From assembly GCA_964016885.1 (NCBI GenBank), contig OZ024741.1:147932001-147996000 (forward strand): a stretch of DNA of 64,000 nt. The letters are read 5' to 3'. This DNA is from Eledone cirrhosa (lineage: Eukaryota). A program made the position numbers and the translations under genes. This document shows, in pieces, positions 35,060-48,441 of this stretch. The first letter of the stretch is position 1. Each line of letters begins with the position of its first letter. The notes below the pieces were generated by a model. The model saw nothing but the letters and a program-made list of their open reading frames with translations, made no database searches and was not told where the DNA came from.

Positions 35060-38000
35060 ATAACATGGTGAATTTCTTGAAAATAAATACAAAAGATCTG
35101 AGAATGTACTGTAACAAAAGTAAGCAAAAAAGGTTGTTGGTTATATGAGAGAATGTATGAATTACAAGTGAATTATGTAAGGTTAGTCTTCGAAAAAATT
35201 ATAGAAAGAAAGAGTTGTGTATGAATGCGATGTGTGTGTGTTTTGTTCGTGTGTATGAATGCGATGTGAGTGGGGTTTTTTTTGCTTTTGTTTTTTCGTG
35301 TGTATGAATGCGAGACTAACGGAGGATACGGATGTTATTCTACCACCCTGCTCGGTTGGCTTTACCCGTAAAATCTCTCCTGTGATTATTTCCTTAACTT
35401 TCTAACCAAATGGCAAATATCCTTTGGATGGTTGCTTGTTTCCTACATTTGTACAAAGTCTGCACTGGCTAATTCCCAGGATACGCTATATCTAACATGA
35501 GCAGAATAACATCAAACAAAAGGGAAGTAAACTTGTCACAAACAAACAAAACGTAAATATATACCCGTAAAATCTCAGTCTTTTCACATATCTATCTCGA
35601 CAAACACTCGGAATAAGGAGACAATGTAACATATGCTAAGATACTAGAAAATGAAATCAACAATGAGAAGTAGTCTCTTCTGTATGAATGAGAGCTACTT
35701 CTCATCACATACATAGCCAGAAATTTACTACGGGTTGTAGTAAATTCTATTAAAAATATGTATCTAATATGATGAAGCAATAAAGAAGTTTTGATTTATT
35801 TTTCTAATGAAGAAAAAATCGGTTCGGTACAATGTTATTTTCACACTTGTCTTGTTGATTGGTTTTGTTAGAATTTTGAAGGTGAAATTTGCTTTTACTA
35901 TGATTAAAAAATGTAATTTATACGAATATGGACTTGAAAACCATCGTAAATTATTCGTTTTCTGTGGTTTCACGTCGAAGAATTCCATCTTAGAGACGGT
36001 GTAATAATGAAGATTTGCCTGAAATCTTTCATTCCATTTGACAATTTTTGCGAGGAATTGCCAAAAGGTTTAAATATGTCCTATTTTAGCCATTGTGTTC
36101 TCATTGTTACTATATTTACATCAAATCTTCAATTATTTCTCAAATTATCAATACAAGTTTTTTGCAAAACAAACTATCATAAACCATCTTCTCCAACCAG
36201 ATCTACTCTCTGCCTCATCTTCCCAATCCTCAACACTAGTACTAAGTGTCTTCAGGTTGCCTTTGACAACATCCATGAAACATTTCTTGGGTTTCTGTCT
36301 GGGGCGTTGATAAAGAGTTCACCCTTCTTCGCTCACTTATTCCAGCGGGTCCTGTCAGAAGCAACCGGTTCTAAATGATCTGGCTAGATCCCCAAGCGAG
36401 AGCAGCCAAGCTCATGGATGTTATCCAACCATCTTGCTCGGGATCTACCCCTGGGTAACCTGCCGATTGGTTTTGCCCGTAAAATCTGTACAGCGAATCT
36501 TTCCTGAGACATTCTAACCACATGCCCATAGTATTGGAGCTGTGATCTCTCAATTCGGAGAAGTAGCGGTTCTACCTGGGGTGACTATCTGATCCCCGAG
36601 TTACGCACCCTATTGAGTAACTCCAAAGACCCTTCGTAGGAACCCCATTTCGGTTGTTTGGATTCACAATCGTATTCTTTCGGTCTTTGATTCTGAGCTG
36701 GATATTCGTGTTAAGAGAGGAGCTGAACTGTCAATCGATCACAATCTAGTTATCTGCAACTTGAGACTAACTAAAGCCAAGGAAGCCCACAAACCTGCCA
36801 GGTCCAGGGCAACCGACAGGATAAAGTGGGAAGCGTTGGTGAATAAAGATGTGAAGACCAGGTATGCAAATTCTATTGCATACAAATTCAGAGAATTCCC
36901 TGAGAAAACTGAGAATGTTGAGACAGATGTTGAGAGCACTACCGAGGTAGACAAATGTATCAACAACCTTCTACCTCTGACCCTGAACAAAGATGTTGCG
37001 CTCGGCGTAATGTTGCTCAGGAGGTGGTGTGTACAGGACCTTGGTCTTTTCTGTGTTGATAGAAAGCCCCAAAGCAGTCCATGCCCCAGGTCCATGATTG
37101 CCTGCATGTCATCCTCGGTATGAGTAATAAGGTCTGCATCATCAGCATAGAGGAACTCTCTGATAAGAGACCGGAAATTCTGGTCCTGAAACACAGATAC
37201 ACACCAACATTGCAATTCTGAAACGCATACGTGAGAGTCACTGCAAAGAGGATAGAGAACAGAGTTGGTGCTAGGATGTTCCCTTGCTTAACTCCATTGT
37301 CGATGGAAATGTGTTCAGGCTGAGAACCATTGAAGTTAAGCCTCTTTTAAAATTTGTTACAAAGACATGCGAAGTTCTAGACATTTCTCCTGCAGCTGGC
37401 GAAGTTCAGGTCCGTTGTGCCCCTGCTCGACCTAAAGCAGCATTGTGTCTCCGGAATCACTCAAGGGCAAATTGCCTTGGTAAGCCTATTACGAATTTCT
37501 GCAAAAACTTTACCCACTCTTGAAAATGGACAAAATTTGGCATTGTGGTGTTATCAAGTATTCATATTGACATGGTTGCTACATTATGGGGAGACACTCC
37601 AGCATTTTTAACGGTGAAAAAGTGGGGCAGCTGAATTTAGGAGGGGAAAAGAGAGTCTTAAAGATGACCCAAGCTTTGGACGTCCTGCTACTGCCACCAC
37701 CAAGGAAAACATTGATTGTGTTTATCACATGGTGATGGATTACAGCCAATTGCCTATGAATCAAATAAGCAATATTATAAGCATATCTCGTGAGAGAGTC
37801 GAGAATATTGTGCATAATGAACTTGGTATGATGAAGGTTTTTGCTTGGTGGGTGCCACGTCTTCTGACACCTGATCAAATGCACACCAGGCTGATCACAT
37901 CACAGGGAATATCTGGTATAGTTTGAGGCAGACACAGCTGGTTTCCTTTAATGTTACCTAACCTAGGGTCAGTATTGGGTTCATCACTTTGACCTAGACA

Positions 38001-40183
38001 AAAAGAGATAATCCATGCACTAGAAACACTCCCCCTCCACCTGCTCCAAAGAAGGCCAAGGTCGTTTCATCTCCAGAAAAGGTGAGGGCCCCACGATCAA
38101 AGGAGAGTATGATGCCAACTTGTTAAGGAAGTTACGAAAGGCTATCAAGACCAAATGCCCAGGAAATCTAAAGAAAGGGGTCTTGTTTCAGCTAGACAAT
38201 GCTCCAGCACATAAATCATTGGTTTCAATGCTCTACATGACTGTGGCTTTGAAGTAGTTGATCATCCTCCCTATTCTCCTTAGTTGGCCCCATCTGACTA
38301 TAATCTGTTATCCAACATGAAACAACACTAGGCAGGGAAGCAGTATTGCAGTGATGATGACATCAACATCATATTTTCTGTTGGTGACTATTTTTACCAA
38401 CAGGATGAAAGCTTCTTCACTAATGGAATCCAAGCACTGCTACATTGATGGAAGAGCAGTGTAGACCTCAAGGGAACTATTTTGAAAAATAAACCTTATT
38501 TGATGATATTTTATGAGAGTGTCTTGGTCATCCTATGAACTTTTCACCTAACCCTCATAATGTAGCAAAATTGCAAATGAAAATGAAATACATGGGGTGA
38601 GGAAGGAAAAAGCATCCACCTTCCACTTCAGCTAACCACGGCCAATGCAATTTTGTGCATAAACATGGTATTGCAGAAAACAGGATATGGTGCAAATTGT
38701 GCATATATATATTGATCAACAACATCATCTCACATCTATTTTCCATGCTTGCATGGGTTAGAAGGGTTGTTACATTCTGAGACTAGGCAGGTCAGATAAC
38801 TGCCTTACGCGCACACTCCATTTTGGCATGGTTGCAATTGCTAATGCCAACCATTTCATGGCGTATGCTTTTATACATACACATGTATGTATAATGGGCA
38901 GTCTCACATATATGCTTCAGAATACCTACCCTATCAATACTCATCTAACGCATGCAAGCATAGAAAAGCAAATGTAAAAAGTATGATGAAGGATAGTAAG
39001 AAAAATTACATTTTTCGGCAAAGTAGCCGTTAGCCTTTTGGGCTCCATGACAAGCTTCATACTCATCATGGGGTCCTTTTTGTTACCTTTCCTGGTACTG
39101 AACACAAGAAGTGGTTTAAGGTCATTTCTTCTGCAAAGCAGCTGTTAGCCTCTTGTGCCCCATGAGAGGCTTCATACCCATAGGGTCCTTTTTGATTGAT
39201 ACTCTTTCTGGTGCCAAACCTTTTCATCATCTCTTAAGACATGATTAGATGATTGTATGGTGGTGTGATAAGATGAAGGCCATGTAAATGGATATATTTC
39301 ATTTTTGTGCTCCTTTTTGTTTTGGTAGGAAAATATAAATCATTACAGACTGTTTATCGGGGTATGTAATGAAATACTTTCCACCAGCAAACTCAGTCAT
39401 TCTTCGTCCATTGAGCCGAGTTCTGAATAAACTTGATCTAAATAAAGACAGTTTTACCATGTTAAAGGATCTACAAACGTTAATGTCCCAAATTCTCTCG
39501 GTGAGTACATTGTTTTTTTTCAATTCTTTTGTTGAAGGCATGAGGCCTTGTAGTTAGGGTGTTGAGCTCAAAATCATAAAAACATGGATTTGCTTCCTGG
39601 ACCAAGTGACATATTCTTCAGCCATATACTTTATTTCCACATCGCTCCTTCTGCAATTAATATCAGCAATGGAAGAACTAATAGAAAAATTATTTCTTTG
39701 GTCCAATTTAATGATTGGCTCTTTTCCTTTCATTGTCATATTTCTAATGAAAGACACCTCCTTTGATTTTGAAAATAATCAAGAATTTGGAGGGATTTAG
39801 TAATTATAATTGTCTCATTACTAATCTGGTGTTTGGAATGAATATAACAATGGTTCTTTCATCATCATTGTATAGCTGTGTTTCATGCTGGCATGGGTTG
39901 GACAGGTTGTCACTGTTTGAGACTAGATGGGTCTGAGAAACCTCATCTTGCTCATATATTCCATATTTGGCATAGTTTCTATAGCTGGATACCCTTCCTG
40001 ACATCAATCACCTTACAGAGTACACTGAGTGTATTTTATTGTTGTACCAGTAGTAAAGATGTTATATGCTCAGCCAGACTGCAGTGTCCTCTCTACTCTA
40101 TTTTGTCTCTGTTTGATCACTAATCACTTTACAGAGTTTACTGGGTGAATTTTAAGGTGACACTTATTTCCATTGGATTGACC

Positions 40184-40382
40184 TGTTGATGGAAGCAGTG
40201 TAATGTCCGAGAGTCAGACAGCTGTTGATGGAAGCAGTGTAATGTCCGAGAGTCAGACAACTGTTGATGGAAGCAGTGTAATGTCCGAGAGTCAGACAAC
40301 TGTTGATGGAAGCAGTGTAATGTCCGAGAGCCGGATAATATTTGATGGAAGCAGTGTAATGTCCGAGTGTGAAACTGCTGAT
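40184..40382 (+). repeat. 39-bp minisatellite, 5 units
   Basis: Paralog of 21059-21375. Confidence 0.93.
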
Positions 40383-41806
40383 GGACTACAAATGTAAATG
40401 AAGGTAAGCTGATTGCATTGTTCTTGAGCAGGACATTTCATGTTGTTCCAGTATGCTCAGCTGCAAAAATTCAAAAGGCCCAGCCTTGACACACAGTGTC
40501 ATGTTGAATTAGGTTATGGGTACACATGTCTGCAGAATGTTCAGCCACTTGCATGTTAATTTCACGAACAGATGGCTCAATTGATCATGGAGTCTCAACA
40601 CACGCTCACACCATCTTAACTATAATAGAGGAGTGCGGGACAGCATCCAGAATATATTTTTTATACCCGTTAGTAAAATAAGTTGGATTACTTTCAATAA
40701 ATAATGAATGAATATTACATAATTTATGTACTAAATAACGTAACACATGATTAAAGATAAATAATGTTATTGCATATTTCAATATTCACTTCTTTTAAAA
40801 TATTCAAATTTCAATACATCCGGTATATCACCACCACCATATATATATATAGAGAGAGAGAGACAGAGCGAGAAAGAAAGAGAATGTGTGTGAAGAGAGA
40901 TACAAAGTGACTATTAGCAGCGGAAGTGGGTGTTCGGAAAGTACAATAACTAGGGTAAGAACGCGATGGAAGAAGTTTAGGGAGGTACTGCCACTACTAG
41001 CTGCAAAAGGCTTTTCCCTCAAAATGAAAGACAGACTGTATAATGCGTGCATATGAACAGCAATGTTACATGGTAGTGAGACCTGTGCGCTGTCTGTAGA
41101 AGACTTGCGTAGATTAGAGAGAAACGAAGCCTGCATGCTCCGATGGATGTGTAATAGTAATATACGCGAACGGCAAAGCATAAATGAATTGAGAGAGAGA
41201 CTGAGCATAAGAGGAATCAAATGCTGTGTGCAGGAGAGGCGGTTGTGTTGGTATGGACATGTGAGGCGTATGAAGGATGACAGCTGCATAAAAAGGTGCA
41301 GAGCACTAGAAGTCGATGGAAGCCGCGAAGTGGGGCGGCCCAAGAAAACCTGGGATGAGGTGATAAAACCGATCTTATCTAATTGCACCTCTCAAAGGCG
41401 ATGACACACGACCGTGACCTCTGGCGTCACGCAGTAATGACGAAGACCCGACCCCCACGGGTACAAACCGAAGCTGAAGCATATAGACAATATGCCCACA
41501 CCCTCCCACTGCAAAGTGGTCGTGGAGGTGCCACGGAAAAAAGCACCCAGCACTCACTGTAAATGAGGTTGGTGTTAGGAAGGGCGTCCAGCCGTAGAAA
41601 TCAAGCCATAATCAGTTCCCATATGAGCAAGACGAGGTCAGCCGACCGGACACTGCCCACAACAGGACAACCCTTCTAACCCATGCTAGCGTGGAAGAAT
41701 GGACGTAAAACGGTGATGATGATGATGATGATGATGTTGATATAATTAGATAGTGAAATAGATCTTCAAACCAACGCTAAGCTATATACCTTTCTATATA
41801 TATATA

Positions 41807-41949
<143 letters not shown>

Positions 41950-44900
41950 CGGAATTCTTCTATGTTTTACCTGGCGAACTTTCTCATTATTTAGTTGATG
42001 TTTGGAACATAACTTAAAAAATGTTCTTACATGGAATTATTACCAAAGTCATGTAGAGTGGGAATTCAAGAGTGATGACACTCTGGGGAAGAAACGTTGT
42101 GACTATTGGTTCAATGTGGGGCTTGGAACATTGGACACAACATGATCAATGGAAGGAGAAGAGACTAATGCAAGGCCAACCAGCTCTAAAGAGCAGATGC
42201 CATTGTAGAAGTGATAAAAAGGATAGAGAGCAGATAGTAATCTGTGAGCTAGACTGAAGTATGTCCAGTGGCCTTTCAATGTGGTCTGGGATGCCTCCGT
42301 GTCTATATTAGCAGCAAAGTTGTAAAACTGGAAGTGTAATTCCATTGTGGGTCTCATCTGAGCATTGTAGACAGTCAGTAATTATTGGAAACTGAAGTAT
42401 CTTCTGGCTCTGAAGAGAATGACCGGTCTTTATGTTGTTGTCTTTACTATGTTATGGATGTGTGGTCATCGGGAGAGATCCTCACTGATAATAAGGCCTA
42501 GTATTTGGGGTGAGGGCTCTAGGTGAATGCGTTAATTTTTAAGTGGGGTGAAGTTTACTGTTTTCTTGTTATGTGCAATAAGTGTCTCTGGTTAGAGGAT
42601 GTTTTCCTTCCACCCTCCCACCAGTCTCGGAGGCTCTGATAAAATAAAGGGTCATAGATCCTGCCTTTCTCTCCTTGACTCTTGCATGGGTTGGATGGGT
42701 CCTTTTTAGCACTTGTTGCGTTCCTTCCACATCTCTTTGTGAGTTTCAATATTTCAGATCAGCACTCATCACCTCAACCCAGGTTATCCCTGGTCTTCTA
42801 CTGTGGCTTACTTCTATTTCAACACCTCTGTAACTGCATCTGATGGTCCAGTGGCTTTCCCATTCTTATTCCCCTTGATTACTTTTTGACTCTATAACTG
42901 TTGATTTCAATAGCTGGTCCCACTAAGGGGTTGGCTGGGGGTAGTCTCTCTTCCTCCTATTTATTCTCCACATTCAGCAGCCTTTGAAAGTAACATTTCC
43001 AGGCACTTTTTTTGAGCATCAGTGGTGCTAAGTGCACCAGTGTCATTTCTAACACACTTTTCCCCAACAACATCCCTATTCACAATGCTTTGCAATGCAG
43101 AACGCTTTATGTCTCTGATCCTCACGTTACAAGACATTGGCAAACCTCCTTTCATCCTCTTTCTATGCTATGTATACTTGTCTAGCTTCTCTCTTAATTA
43201 CCTGGTACTGGTCTCTGCTACCCTTATTTTTCCTGTCTTTCCATGCCTGTCTCTTGGATTTAATTACTCTAAACACTGTGCTGCCACCAGCAGGGCAAGC
43301 TCTGTCTGGCTGGTGCTTTCATCAATGTCAGAAAAAAAACTAATTCTTGGAAAAAGCTTTTTTTATTAACACCAACTAGTGTTTCACCAAAAACAAATAT
43401 TTAAAAAATAAGTTTGTTAATTCAAATATATATACTATCTTTACTGGTGGACATATTGTTGTGAAAATGTGCAGTATTAGTTAGTGTAAACACTTGAATT
43501 TTTAATGTGATGCACTTAGTGTTGTTTTATTCTTACCTTTTCACAGTTTCCTCTTGCCATCGAGATAGAGAGCCATTAGGCCAGCCACGTTTTCGATACT
43601 TTGCAGCATTTTGTTGTTTGACAAAAATTGAAACAACAAAAATTCCGCAAAAGGGGGACACCTCCGAGGTTGACTCGTGGTGAAAACCACACAATAGTCT
43701 AAGGCCACCCTGACCACTAGCGCAAGCACCCTCTCTCTGTTCTCCCACTCCTCAGTCTACAGGCGCATATTCAGAACGGGCTCGTTCACTTGGACCAGAT
43801 TCGCCACTTTCACCCGCCGTTCAACAAACTTAGTAGAAGACAGCTGTCCGTCTTCAATCCTTTCAACCTTGTCCACCATACAATCTCTTTCACCATGGCC
43901 ACAAGGCAGAGGAAAACTGCCTGCACTTGACCTGGAGGCCGATTCCGCCAGGGCAGGAACCACTGATTGAAGGTCATGGCAGACAGTCTCCACGGGCCTG
44001 CCCAGCGTAGCATCATCCAAGTACCAAAGGTTTAGAGGGGCTGTGTTACTCCGGGCAATGCGGTCTATACCAAGGGCAAACAGAAGGGGGCCCAAAGGTC
44101 GCCCTTTTGGACCCCAGCGGCCGAAGGTATGACCGTGTCAGCAGCAAGGAGCATGCTCGGGGCTCAATATGACAAGTAGGCCAGCGGGTAGTGGAGGGGG
44201 CTCGGCTGAGGCAGGCATCGAGTAGATGGTCCAGGCTTATGCAGTTAAAGGCATTCCTCATGTCAAGCTTGACAATGAGGTGCCTGAAGTCCCTGGACCA
44301 CGGTTCCGAGGGCAGCTATTGAAGAACTGGCTGGTTGCATGTGCGGCCCCCTCATAGCCACCGGACACGCCGACACCCAGTTGCACCGGACTGAACTCCT
44401 CACCCAATTCAGGTGTTATGGACCTGCAGACCATCTTAGCAACCAGCGAAAGACATTGCCCACAGCGACGGGGCGTGTGCCAGCCTCTTTCTTCCTGAGA
44501 GCGGTCATCCTAGCCGAAAAAAAGAGGCCTCGGGCGTGAGGATCCAGGACGCCATGGATAGGTGAGTGCCACAATTTCACTCAGAAGGCGACGCCCGGCC
44601 TCAGCGGAGAGTGGGGATAGCAACTATTTGAGGTGGCCTGGTCGGAGACCAGCAGCGCCTTCCGCTGCCGCTAGCTGGGAAGGACTTGATTGCAGGCATG
44701 ATGTCTGCGTCGGAAGCCACAAGGAGCAGGTGGGGATCCGGTGGGGGTATGGGTCTGAGGTCAGCGGGTGGCTCTGGGTGCTTGAGTCGGAGGGCAGCCA
44801 GGACCTCCTCGGTGGGTTGGAGGACAGTGTCCTCTGAGGCAACCACTCTCACTGCGGCCCAGACATCACCCTGTGGTCACGCAAACGCTTGGTGCTTGCC

Positions 44901-47406
44901 CAAAGGACGAAAGATTGGCCTTGACAAAGGGTGCTGTCGACAGGCCGCCTCGGTCAGCGCCAGAGCTGGGGAGGCCGAGGGCGAGTGGGACGAAATAGAA
45001 TAGGCGCTCTCAGTCGCTGGCTCGATTGGAGTCCGGAGCACTCTCGATCGAGAAAGCAAGGGCATCACTACTGGCACCCGGGCCGCTCTCGAGATACTGA
45101 GCGGAATCTTCTGGAGCCGCCTGAGCCGAGCGATGTTGACCAGCGAGGCTTGGACATCAGGTAAGCTCTCTGTCTCATCTGGTGGAGTGCCAGATGGCCG
45201 TGGCTGGACAGACGAGGGGACGAGACAGGTTCTGCAACTCCACGCTGCGTGGGCACTGGAAGCCTGACGCGTCAAGCCAACACAGGTGAGGTCGTGGGAG
45301 CAGCCGCACCCCGAACAGTTCCGGCTTCTCTCCCGTCTTTTCGTGGTGCTGCAAGTGCTGCAGATGTCGACTGTTGCGGCTGGAGGATGGGGCGTGGAGC
45401 AGGGGACTGGGGCCCCAAGCAGCATCAAAGGTGAGTGGCTGGTTGTCACCAGCCTAGGTGCTAGGCACAACTGCACGTGGGTGGAAGGGAAAGTGTTGGT
45501 ATGAGTGAGGCCTCATAGCTCACCTACATCAGATATGGAGGCGATAGAAGACAAGATAAAAGAGAAGGTGGGTACATGGAGGGGGACACACACGAAAGTA
45601 GAAAGTTAGCAAATAAATAAATGAAAGAATGGAGGGATGTACAAAAAGAAAACAGGGGGTTGTTCCCAGCGGAAATACCGAAAGGTTGTTATTGTCACTG
45701 ATGCTGGAGTTGGCTTCCTCTTGTTAATGGTGGTGGTAGTGACTGCTTGTAAGATGTTGGTGTATACACATATAGTTGTTGTTGTTGTCACTGCCACTAC
45801 CGTATCCTTCCTCTTGTTAATGGTAGTGGTAGTTGATACCGATACCTATTTCGGTTGCCCGGCTGGTTGCTGGGGTTCGAATGCCTTCTTTTACCCAAGA
45901 TGCGGGGTCGTTGTTATTGTCACTGTTGCTGTCGATGCCTTCCTCTTGTTAATGGCAGTAATAATTGTTGGTGCTACCTATTTCGGCTGTCAAGCTGGCT
46001 GCTGAATCAGCTTCTGTTTACATTTTCGCATACATACGATATTCTCAATGGACGCCCTTACAATATTTGAACATAACTGAACCGTCGTTGCCTTCCTCTT
46101 GGTAATAGTAGTGAAAATCCACCGGCAGACAATTATATAAAAGAGTATATAGAAATAAAAACTAACATTTCTGTCTCGGATATAAATATTTGTTTACGTA
46201 GCGTTATTTACTGTCACTTTGAAAATATTGAAGTTAATGAACTCTGTAAGTATCGTTGCTGGGAAGAAGTTAAAGAAACATATCAATATCATACAAATTC
46301 CTTAAATATTATCTAGATAGTGGGTTGTAGCGTTATTTACTGTCTATTTGCTACTAATTGAGCATGCCTTATATACACACTCTATCCATTCTTCGCCCCT
46401 TCCACACTTCAATCCTCATATTCTTCCCACACCATACCCCTTTCTACTTCTCCTTCACTCCATTCTCCTACACACCTACCAACCACCCCACACACTTTCC
46501 ATTTTCAATTTTCCGCCTCCATCACCAACACCCTTGAATTAAATGCCCGCCTCACCTCAGCCTTCCACCCTACAGGAAGTCAATCAGTGCCACTCGTGCT
46601 ACACGCGCAACAGGCGCAAGAAAGGAAAGAACTGCTCCAACTGTAGCAGCTTTTTCCACCTCTCTTGCGTCAAACAGACCCGATGCGCGTTGGAATCCTT
46701 GCACCGGTGGCACTGCCCGCCATACCTATCCACCTGTCAGTTTCGACAGTGCCGGCTGGAACAGGCGAAGCTCCCAGCGAGGTTCGGTAGCCTCGGTTTC
46801 TGACCCGCTTCAGATCTGACTCTACCGGCCTATCTCTCCTCAATCTCCTCCAGTAGCGTTCTCGTCAGCGAAGTCCTCGGCCAGAGAGGTCGAACAAGAC
46901 GTTGCTTGTCGCTGGCAATTGTCTGTGGGAAAGCTCTTGCGGTCTTGTCCGTGGGGCGCAACTCCAACACCGCCACGCCCTGCGCCCAGAGCCCATCATC
47001 TTCCTCTTCCCTCTTCCATTTTCTTTTACCCTAGAGCCCTTGCTTTTCCCTTCCTTTTCCGTTTTTAAATATTGTAAAGTTATTTTCACTGAAGAAGAAA
47101 GTAAAAATAATTGTTTCTACTTTTGGCACAAGGCCAGCAATTACCCAGTACATTACTGGTACTTTATGTTATCGACCCCGTTAGGATGAAAGGCAAAGTT
47201 AACCTCGACGGGATTTGAACTCAGACCAAAAAAAGTAAAAATAGTAATGTGTTAACTATATTGACGTAATCTGCGAGAGTAATGCGTAAAGTTTCAAACA
47301 GATTCTTTCATTAAAAAGTTGATACACAGCGTTCTCTATTTGTGATTCAACCAGATATTTTCGAAGCTGCAAGAACTAATTCAAAAATTTGGAGAAAGAA
47401 AAAAAA

Positions 47407-48441
47407 ATGGATGAAAACCTTAATCCCCTCTACTGTGATAAGAGATTAGAGGAGTTAAATGCTGGACATGTGAATGTTTTGTTTCCAGTAATAATGTATC
47501 TGGTAATTATTATGATGCTGGGATCAGTTGGAAATATCATAGTAGCTTATATATACTATTTTAAATTTGAGAAAAATACCACAAATTTGTTCATTGTAGC
47601 GCTTTCGATGTGTGATTTTTTTACTTGTACAATATGCATTCCATCGGAAATTGTGTATCTACATTATTCATATACATTTTTCAGTAATGCTGCTTGCCGC
47701 CTCCTGCGTTATACTGTTGGTCTAATGGTAATCACTTCAGCATTTATTGTATTGGTTATAGCACTTAATAGATACTCACTTGTGTGTCGACCTCTTAAAA
47801 AACAAATTTCTCAAAAGCAGTCAAAGATAATCATACTATGTTTACCAATCCTCGCCGGTATAATGAACCTGCCAACACCTTTTACATACAGCGCACAAAA
47901 TGTGGAGGTAACAGGCTGTGGAAATATTGGAAGTAGGTGTAGCCTCACTGACAATTTGCGCGGTTCACCCTTTGTAGTATTCTATTATGGTTTATTGTTG
48001 TTTATTTTTATTTCTCTGTTTGTTTTTCTCATGATAATTTATATCATAATTTCAATACGTATTCAGACGTTTTCCATCAGGATGGAAAATAGAACCATAG
48101 AATCAGAAACTGAAAGTACTATTGCTTCTGGAACTAATACAGGTATTAAACGACTGAGGAAGCGTTCATTGAACCCATCTAAAACCAATAAACTTTTGTT
48201 CACCATCACTTTCATCTGGATTATGAGTTATTTACCTCACCTATTTACCGCAATATTCTGGAAGAAGGACGAAAAAACTTTCATTGAGACCCAACCAGCT
48301 GAAGATATTGTAATTTATATGTTATTAATGTATTCTGTTTACTTTAATTGTGCTTTAAACCCATTTTTTTATGGAATTTTTAATACGAAGTTTCGTAGTG
48401 AACTACTGCAAATATTACACGTTAATACATTAATAACATAG
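47407..48441 (+). CDS. Class A GPCR, copy 3, 344 aa
   Basis: Intact 7TM ORF with GN, LSMCD, NRY, SYLP, NPFFY; ATG at 47407. Confidence 0.93.
   Translation: MDENLNPLYCDKRLEELNAGHVNVLFPVIMYLVIIMMLGSVGNIIVAYIYYFKFEKNTTNLFIVALSMCDFFTCTICIPSEIVYLHYSYTFFSNAACRLLRYTVGLMVITSAFIVLVIALNRYSLVCRPLKKQISQKQSKIIILCLPILAGIMNLPTPFTYSAQNVEVTGCGNIGSRCSLTDNLRGSPFVVFYYGLLLFIFISLFVFLMIIYIIISIRIQTFSIRMENRTIESETESTIASGTNTGIKRLRKRSLNPSKTNKLLFTITFIWIMSYLPHLFTAIFWKKDEKTFIETQPAEDIVIYMLLMYSVYFNCALNPFFYGIFNTKFRSELLQILHVNTLIT

Noticed and set aside
39299-39541. YPDKQSVMIYI resembling a calponin-homology motif
   Set aside because: The rest of the domain is not recognisable and the frame is broken in paralogous units.
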